Shown here in pieces: positions 58,196 to 64,000 of a DNA stretch of 64,000 nt. The notes under the pieces were generated by a model. That model was not told where the DNA came from. It saw only the letters and a program-made list of their open reading frames with translations, and searched no databases. Source of the stretch: an uncultured Burkholderiaceae bacterium (GTDB taxonomy: Bacteria > Pseudomonadota > Gammaproteobacteria > Burkholderiales > Burkholderiaceae_B). A program made the translations under genes and the position numbers. The stretch covers positions 7,132 through 71,131 of the forward strand of contig CAZTUH010000007.1 of NCBI GenBank assembly GCA_964616175.1. The letters are read 5' to 3'. How positions within the stretch are numbered: position 1 is the first letter of the stretch; every line of letters begins with the position of its first letter.

Positions 58196-60295
58196 TTAAG
58201 AGTTCTTAATTGCTAAACTTGAGATAGATTGATATGGCGTTTCTTTTGACGTGGGTTCCAGGTTGCGTCGAGCAAGAATTACTGATCGAATACTTGCAAT
58301 AACAATACTTACAACTACTAATACAAACAAAGTACATAGTGCAGAATCTAAATAATCGTTGAATAAAATTCTATGCATTTCATCCATTGAACTTGCTGGT
58401 TGCAATAAATCTCCTTGAGCAATAGCCTCTCGATATTTAGAAGCATGAGATAAAAACCCGATGTTAGGATTTTGGTTAAATAGTTTTTGCCACGCGGCAT
58501 ATAAAGTGCAAATTAACAGCCATATCGCTGGAACGACTGTTACCCAAGCATATTTTTCTTTTTTCATTTTGAAGAGAACGACGGTTCCAAGAGATAAAGC
58601 CATTGCAGCTAACATTTGATTAGCAATTCCAAATAGGGGCCACAATGTGTTAATCCCCCCTAATGGGTCAACAACTCCTTGATATAAAAAATATCCCCAT
58701 GCACTAACACATAAAAAAGTTGCAAGAGTACCAGCGGCAAACGAATTGGTCCTTTTAAGTGGAGAAGAAAAGGTTCCAAGAAGATCTTGCAGCATAAATC
58801 TTCCTGCACGTGTACCAGCATCTACAGCAGTTAATATAAAAAGTGCTTCGAAAAGTATGGCAAAGTGGTACCAAAAAGCCATCATGTTTTGACCACCAAA
58901 CATTTGATGCAAAATATAGGCCATACCAACAGCTAGAGTTGGTGCTCCTCCAACACGTGATATTATGCTTGCTTCCCCAACATTTTTAGCTGTTTGTTCA
59001 AGAGTTTCTGGAGTGATAATGAACCCCCAGGTTGAAATTTTTTGAGCTACTTCTCCAGGCATAATTCCAATCACTGAACTTGGACTATTCATCGCATAAT
59101 AAATTGCTGGATCAATTACACAGGCTGCAATTAAGGCCATAATAGCTACGAAGGATTCCATTAGCATGCCTCCGTATCCAATATATCTAGCTTGGAGCTC
59201 ATTCTCAATTAGCTTAGGAGTTGTGCCTGAAGCGATCAAAGCATGAAATCCTGAAACCGCTCCACAAGCTATTGTGATAAATAAGAATGGGAATAATTTT
59301 CCGGAATAAACAGGTCCATTTCCATCTGAGAACTGGGAAACAACATCAGGCATTTTTAATTCTGGAGCTACAAAAATGATTCCAAAAGCCAATCCAATAA
59401 ATGTGCCTATCTTTAGAAAGGTCGATAGATAATCTCTTGGAGCGAGCAAAAGCCAAACTGGTAGAACCGAAGCTATAAAACCATAGATAATCAGGATCCA
59501 AGTCAGCTTAATCCCATCAAAGTCGAAAAAAAGTGATAACGACTGATTTTGTGCTATCACTTGCCCAGATGTAATAGCAACAAGCAACAATACAAAACCA
59601 ATAAGAGATACCTCTCCAATACGTCCAGGGCGAATATATCGAAGATAAATGCCCATAAACAAAGCACTTGGAACTGTAGCAGCAACAGTAAATGTACCCC
59701 ATGGGGAATGTGTTAAAGCTTTTACAACAATTAATGCTAAGACTGCCAATATGATTACCATAATCATGAAAGTGCCAAACAAAGCAATCATGCCAGGTAC
59801 AGTACCTAATTCTAATTTTATTAGATCTCCAAGTGAATGACCATCTCTCCGCATAGAAATAAATAAAACTGTAAAATCATGAACAGCTCCAGCAAATACT
59901 ACTCCAGCTAGGATCCAAAGCATACCAGGCAAATAACCCATTTGAGCAGCTAAAATCGGTCCAACCAATGGTCCTGCTCCTGCAATAGCTGCAAAATGAT
60001 GGCCAAACAAGACATGTTTATTTGTTGGAACAAAATCCAAGCCATCGTTGTGTTTCCATGCAGGAGTCATACGAGTTTTGTCTAAACCAAATACCTTATG
60101 TGCAATAAAAATACTGTAATATCGATAAGCAACTAAATAAACACATAAAGATGCTATCAATACCCATAAAGCATTGACTACTTCACCTCTTGACAATGCA
60201 ATAATCCCAAGAGATATTGCACCCAAAATTGCAATAACCAACCAGGCAAGATGCTTGAAAAGGCCTCTATTGGTCCTTTTATACATAATAGACAA
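58196..60295 (-). CDS. cstA: carbon starvation protein A (CstA-family peptide/pyruvate transporter)
   Basis: 699 aa polytopic membrane protein, collinear with the CstA family (FGHHFAAIAGAGPLVGP, GCGAVSGFHALI). Confidence 0.92.
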   Translation of the reverse strand: MSIMYKRTNRGLFKHLAWLVIAILGAISLGIIALSRGEVVNALWVLIASLCVYLVAYRYYSIFIAHKVFGLDKTRMTPAWKHNDGLDFVPTNKHVLFGHHFAAIAGAGPLVGPILAAQMGYLPGMLWILAGVVFAGAVHDFTVLFISMRRDGHSLGDLIKLELGTVPGMIALFGTFMIMVIILAVLALIVVKALTHSPWGTFTVAATVPSALFMGIYLRYIRPGRIGEVSLIGFVLLLVAITSGQVIAQNQSLSLFFDFDGIKLTWILIIYGFIASVLPVWLLLAPRDYLSTFLKIGTFIGLAFGIIFVAPELKMPDVVSQFSDGNGPVYSGKLFPFLFITIACGAVSGFHALIASGTTPKLIENELQARYIGYGGMLMESFVAIMALIAACVIDPAIYYAMNSPSSVIGIMPGEVAQKISTWGFIITPETLEQTAKNVGEASIISRVGGAPTLAVGMAYILHQMFGGQNMMAFWYHFAILFEALFILTAVDAGTRAGRFMLQDLLGTFSSPLKRTNSFAAGTLATFLCVSAWGYFLYQGVVDPLGGINTLWPLFGIANQMLAAMALSLGTVVLFKMKKEKYAWVTVVPAIWLLICTLYAAWQKLFNQNPNIGFLSHASKYREAIAQGDLLQPASSMDEMHRILFNDYLDSALCTLFVLVVVSIVIASIRSVILARRNLEPTSKETPYQSISSLAIKNS

Positions 60296-60921
60296 CCTCC
60301 TGTATATGACCTTGTTTCAAAAATTCAAAATTTTATTAACCATGCTGAGAAGATTATGCGTAAAATCAGCAGGTTAAATTTTTGAAAAAATTTCAAAATC
60401 TAGAATCTATTTGCTTTGCTTAACATCTAATAACCAATGTAAGAAAGATGTTTGGCTTCTATCTATGTTAATTAAGTGTAAAATGTTTTCCGAGCATTTC
60501 AATTTGAGATTTGAAAAAAGTCCAACATTAGTTTCCAACTATCAATCTTCGCAGAAACACATTTGAAACTTTATATAAGGATAGTTTAATTTCCTATTCT
60601 TGTTTTTTCTTTAATTAGAGATATAAATTAAGTAATGTTTACCTCAGATGTTTTTCATTTTTGAAAATATATTTTTTATTTTAATTTTTGGCAACCAATT
60701 TAGGTTACCAAATTAACATCTTGCCAAGTCTCTCACGTATCTTTCTGAGAACAACCAATTCAGAAAAAGATTTACATTCGGTAACTAATTAAGGGAATTA
60801 TTGTAGAATAAGAAAATCAGAGCTTCTTTCATTGGATTGGAATTTATAACAAAAACACTTCATACAATGCAAAAATTCCTAATTCCTTGAATCAAGAAAA
60901 ACTTTTCAAAAATAAAATGAA

Positions 60922-61794
60922 ATGAAAATTAAAGAAAAATTCCTAGCAACAAGCCAATACCTAGCTCCTCATTCTCTCATATCTAAATTATTTAATTGTT
61001 TTTCTAATAGCAAAGTTCCTTTTTTAAAGGATTGGATGATCTCTCGATTCATGAAACACTACAACGTTGATTTGAAAGAAGCCGAAACCGAAAATCCATT
61101 AGCATACGAAAGTTTCAATATGTTCTTTACCAGAACTCTGAAAGATACAGCTAGGCCTATAGATAAAAATAATACTTGCATGGTTTGTCCAGCTGATGGA
61201 ATAATCAGTCAATTTGGAAGGGTTGATTCTGGAAGGATTTTTCAAGCTAAAAATTACAATTATAGTTTAGCAGAACTATTGGGAGGTTCTCATGAAAGAA
61301 CCAAGCCATTTTTAGACGGAAATTTTATAACAATATATATTTCCCCAAGGGACTATCATCGGGTACATATGCCAGCTAATGGAATCTTAAGAGAAATGGT
61401 ATGTATACCAGGACGTTTATTTTCTGTTAATCCTATGACAGTAGAAAGTATTCCTAACCTATTTACTAGGAACAGAAGGATTGTCTGCATCTTCGATACA
61501 GAATATGGACCAATGGCAATTATATTAATTGGTGCAATGATTGTTTCTTCGATAGAAACAGCATGGAAAAGCAATGTTTCTTTGATCAAAAATTCTATTT
61601 ACTCGACTTATTATGATCAGAAAAAATCAATTTATCTTGAAAAAGGGCAAGAAATGGGTCATTTTAGGATTGGATCAACAGTAATTGTTGTTTATGGATC
61701 TTACATAAATTTTTGTTGGTTAAAAACCATCTCAACTGGAAAGTCCATTCGTATGGGAGAGAAATTGGCATTTTTTAGTCAAGAAAACAATTGA
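60922..61794 (+). CDS. psd: phosphatidylserine decarboxylase proenzyme
   Basis: 290 aa with YHRVHMP and the self-cleavage motif GSTV (FRIGSTVIVV). Confidence 0.92.
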   Translation: MKIKEKFLATSQYLAPHSLISKLFNCFSNSKVPFLKDWMISRFMKHYNVDLKEAETENPLAYESFNMFFTRTLKDTARPIDKNNTCMVCPADGIISQFGRVDSGRIFQAKNYNYSLAELLGGSHERTKPFLDGNFITIYISPRDYHRVHMPANGILREMVCIPGRLFSVNPMTVESIPNLFTRNRRIVCIFDTEYGPMAIILIGAMIVSSIETAWKSNVSLIKNSIYSTYYDQKKSIYLEKGQEMGHFRIGSTVIVVYGSYINFCWLKTISTGKSIRMGEKLAFFSQENN

Positions 61795-61828
61795 AAATGA
61801 ATAAGGACCGAAAATTTCGGGCGAAAAA

Positions 61829-62530
61829 TTAACCCCCGAGGTATGCTTTTCGAACTCTTTCGTTAAGCAAAAGAGTTCTTCCCTTGCCTTTCAGAATAAT
61901 ATTTCCATTTTCTAAAACATATCCCCTATCTGCAATTTGTAAGGCTTTATTTGCATTTTGTTCAACTAGTAAAATGGTAACGCCATGCATGCATATCATA
62001 CGAATTATTTCGAATATTTGATTTATAACTAACGGAGCCAAACCTAAAGTTGGTTCATCTAACAATAACAAACGTGGATGAGACATCAGAGCTCGTCCAA
62101 TTGCTAACATTTGTTGTTCTCCACCAGACATTAATCCAGCTTTTTGAGTGCTTCTTTCTTTAAGACGTGGAAATAGAGAGAATACATATTCTATTGTATT
62201 TGAAATTTGCTTTTTTTTTAGAAAAAAACCGCCTAAAATTAAATTTTCATAAACAGATAAGTCCTTAAAAATTCTTCTACCTTCAGGTGAAATAGCTATT
62301 CCATTTCGCATAATAGAGCAAGTTTTTTCACTTGTTATTTCTTGGTTTTCAAAATAAATATGCCCGAATCTAGCTTTTGGAGTCCCACATATCGTCATAA
62401 GCAATGTACTTTTCCCAGCTCCATTTGCTCCAATTAATGTAACAATTTCTCCTTTATTAACCTCGATACTCACACCATTTAAAGCTTTGATCACTCCATA
62501 ATAGGTTTGGATACTGTCAAGTATAAGCAC
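61829..62530 (-). CDS. livF: branched-chain amino acid ABC transporter ATP-binding protein
   Basis: 233 aa with Walker A GANGAGKST, signature MSGGEQQML and Walker B LLLLDEP. Confidence 0.9.
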   Translation of the reverse strand: MLILDSIQTYYGVIKALNGVSIEVNKGEIVTLIGANGAGKSTLLMTICGTPKARFGHIYFENQEITSEKTCSIMRNGIAISPEGRRIFKDLSVYENLILGGFFLKKKQISNTIEYVFSLFPRLKERSTQKAGLMSGGEQQMLAIGRALMSHPRLLLLDEPTLGLAPLVINQIFEIIRMICMHGVTILLVEQNANKALQIADRGYVLENGNIILKGKGRTLLLNERVRKAYLGG

Positions 62531-63298
62531 TCATTCATCTCCTAAATATGCTTTTATGACTAATTCATTAGTTTGCACCTCTTCTGGGGTTCCAGTAATA
62601 AGAGGACGGCCATGTTCCATAACCAAAATTCGATTCGAAATTTCCATGACTAAGCTCATGTCATGTTCAATTAGCAAAACAGAAATATTATGTAATTTGC
62701 AAAGAATATTTATCAGATTTTGCAAATCATTTTTTTCTTGAGGATTTAAACCAGCAGCTGGTTCATCAAGCATTAATATTTTCGGATTTGTAGCCATACA
62801 ACGAGCTATTTCCAAACGCCTCTGATGTCCGTAAGAAAGATTTCCTGCTTTTTGATTTGAAAAATCTAACAAATTAAATAGGTCTAACCATTTCTGTGCA
62901 TTTTTTAATGCCTTATTCTCCGAAGTTCGATAGGAGTTTGAATGAAACAACCCATGCAAAATTCTAGACTCTAATTGCATGTTTTGTGCAATTAGAAGGT
63001 TTTCTAAAACAGTGAGCTGTTTGAAAAGTCGAATATTTTGAAAGGTTCTTACTAGGCCACAACGAGCAATTTTGTGGCTGGATTTTCCAGTGATATTTTT
63101 TCCATCTAAAATAATCTGGCCAAAGATTGGTTGATAAAAACCACTTACACAATTAAAGACTGTAGTCTTTCCAGCACCATTGGGTCCTATTATAGCAAAG
63201 ATCTCATTTTCTCTAATGTTGAAATTTACATTATCAATAGCTAAAAGTCCTCCAAATCGCATCGTAAGATTACTTACACTAAGTAGAAGATCATTCAT
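62531..63298 (-). CDS. livG: branched-chain amino acid ABC transporter ATP-binding protein
   Basis: Walker A GPNGAGKTT, signature LSYGHQRRLEIAR and Walker B ILMLDEP. The preferred start is MNDLLLSV at 63298 because it forms an ATGA overlap with the livM stop; the ORF opens at 63355. Confidence 0.9.
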   Translation of the reverse strand: MNDLLLSVSNLTMRFGGLLAIDNVNFNIRENEIFAIIGPNGAGKTTVFNCVSGFYQPIFGQIILDGKNITGKSSHKIARCGLVRTFQNIRLFKQLTVLENLLIAQNMQLESRILHGLFHSNSYRTSENKALKNAQKWLDLFNLLDFSNQKAGNLSYGHQRRLEIARCMATNPKILMLDEPAAGLNPQEKNDLQNLINILCKLHNISVLLIEHDMSLVMEISNRILVMEHGRPLITGTPEEVQTNELVIKAYLGDE

Positions 63299-64000
63299 AG
63301 TTTTTTGCTTAAATTTACATGGCGGCGCTTCATTGGAAAAAATCCATGAGGACAAAATAACATGGTTAAAACCATTAATAAACCAAATAGCAACATGCGA
63401 TATTCTGCAAATTCACGAGCAATTTCCGGAATGATTGTTAAAAATATTGCTGCTAATATTATTCCAATTTGTGAACCCATTCCACCAAGAACAACAATTG
63501 CAAGAATCATCGCAGATTCCAAAAAAGTAAAAGATTCTGGGCTAACAGAACCTTGTCGAGCAGCAAAAAATGCTCCACCAAGACCGGCAAAGAAAGCAGC
63601 TGATATAAACGCTGAAAGCTTGATTCTAGCTGGGTTCAGCCCAAGTGATTGACATGCTATTTCATCTTCACGTAAGGCTTCCCAAGCACGTCCTACTGGC
63701 ATTTTTACCAATCGATTTGAGACAAACAATGTAATTAAAGCTAAAAATAAAACTATCAAATACAAGTAAATGATCATATTCTGTCCATTCTGTATCCAAG
63801 AAGATAATCCTTGAAGTATAAAATTTAAATCATCGGTTGATTTAAAAAAACTGGGCTTGGGTAAATTTGGTATTCCATCTGGACCCAATGTATAAGAATT
63901 TAAATTTACAAGAAAAAGTCGAATGATTTCTCCAAATCCAAGAGTAATAACAGCTAGATAGTCTCCACGCAAACGAAGAATAGGAAAACCAAGTAGTATC
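63295..64000 (-). CDS. livM: branched-chain amino acid ABC transporter permease, 5' end cut by window edge
   Basis: The listed start is really an internal TTG (Leu) inside the conserved LRLRGDYLAV(I)TLGFGEI motif. The frame stays open to base 64000, so the N-terminal half lies outside the window. Confidence 0.88.
   Translation of the reverse strand, partial: ILLGFPILRLRGDYLAVITLGFGEIIRLFLVNLNSYTLGPDGIPNLPKPSFFKSTDDLNFILQGLSSWIQNGQNMIIYLYLIVLFLALITLFVSNRLVKMPVGRAWEALREDEIACQSLGLNPARIKLSAFISAAFFAGLGGAFFAARQGSVSPESFTFLESAMILAIVVLGGMGSQIGIILAAIFLTIIPEIAREFAEYRMLLFGLLMVLTMLFCPHGFFPMKRRHVNLSKKL

Noticed and set aside
1-64000. I searched for a novel multi-gene system, mobile elements, CRISPR arrays, prophage, toxin-antitoxin, defence or secondary-metabolite loci.
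   Set aside because: Every non-shadow ORF over 100 aa has a clear housekeeping or transport assignment. There are no transposase, integrase or phage-like ORFs, no direct-repeat/spacer arrays, and no island-like compositional break visible by eye. Claiming a new system here would not be supported.
1-64000. Possibility of a reassigned genetic code (UGA=Trp), as in some tiny betaproteobacterial symbionts.
   Set aside because: Full-length conserved proteins terminate at TGA at the expected positions (rho, livM, the tmRNA tag). Trp positions are encoded by TGG. Standard code 11 fits all genes.

Overview
This is a visibly AT-rich, tightly packed 64-kb chromosomal segment made almost entirely of housekeeping genes. 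Several conserved gene orders are present: ribBA-ribH-nusB-thiL-pgpA, rimP-nusA-infB-rbfA-truB, and gyrA-serC-pheA-tyrA-aroA-cmk-rpsA. These orders, split heptose genes (hldA separate from hldD), a six-gene Mrp/Pha antiporter and a tmRNA tag reading ANDERFALAA all suggest a Burkholderiales (Alcaligenaceae-like) betaproteobacterium with a reduced genome. An obligate endosymbiont is likely, but that is inference and I cannot run a search. I call about 55 intact CDS (partial at both edges: spoT on the left, livM on the right), tRNA-Asn(GTT), tRNA-Thr(CGT) and tmRNA. I also call three candidate gene relics: queH fairly clearly, ihfB and trxA more tentatively. A few long perfect palindromes or terminator hairpins sit in intergenic DNA. 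I found no mobile elements, CRISPR arrays, prophage, defence or secondary-metabolite loci, and no convincing novel multi-gene system. Every ORF over 100 aa that is not an antisense shadow has an ordinary assignment. The most unusual observations are domain-level decay inside otherwise intact genes. The RluB-family ORF has its catalytic GRLD motif replaced by GFPN. The PolA 3'-5' exonuclease domain has lost all four catalytic carboxylates. The RibBA GTP cyclohydrolase II-like domain lacks its zinc cysteines. There is also visible loss of genes from conserved neighbourhoods. Start codons are less certain than stops throughout.
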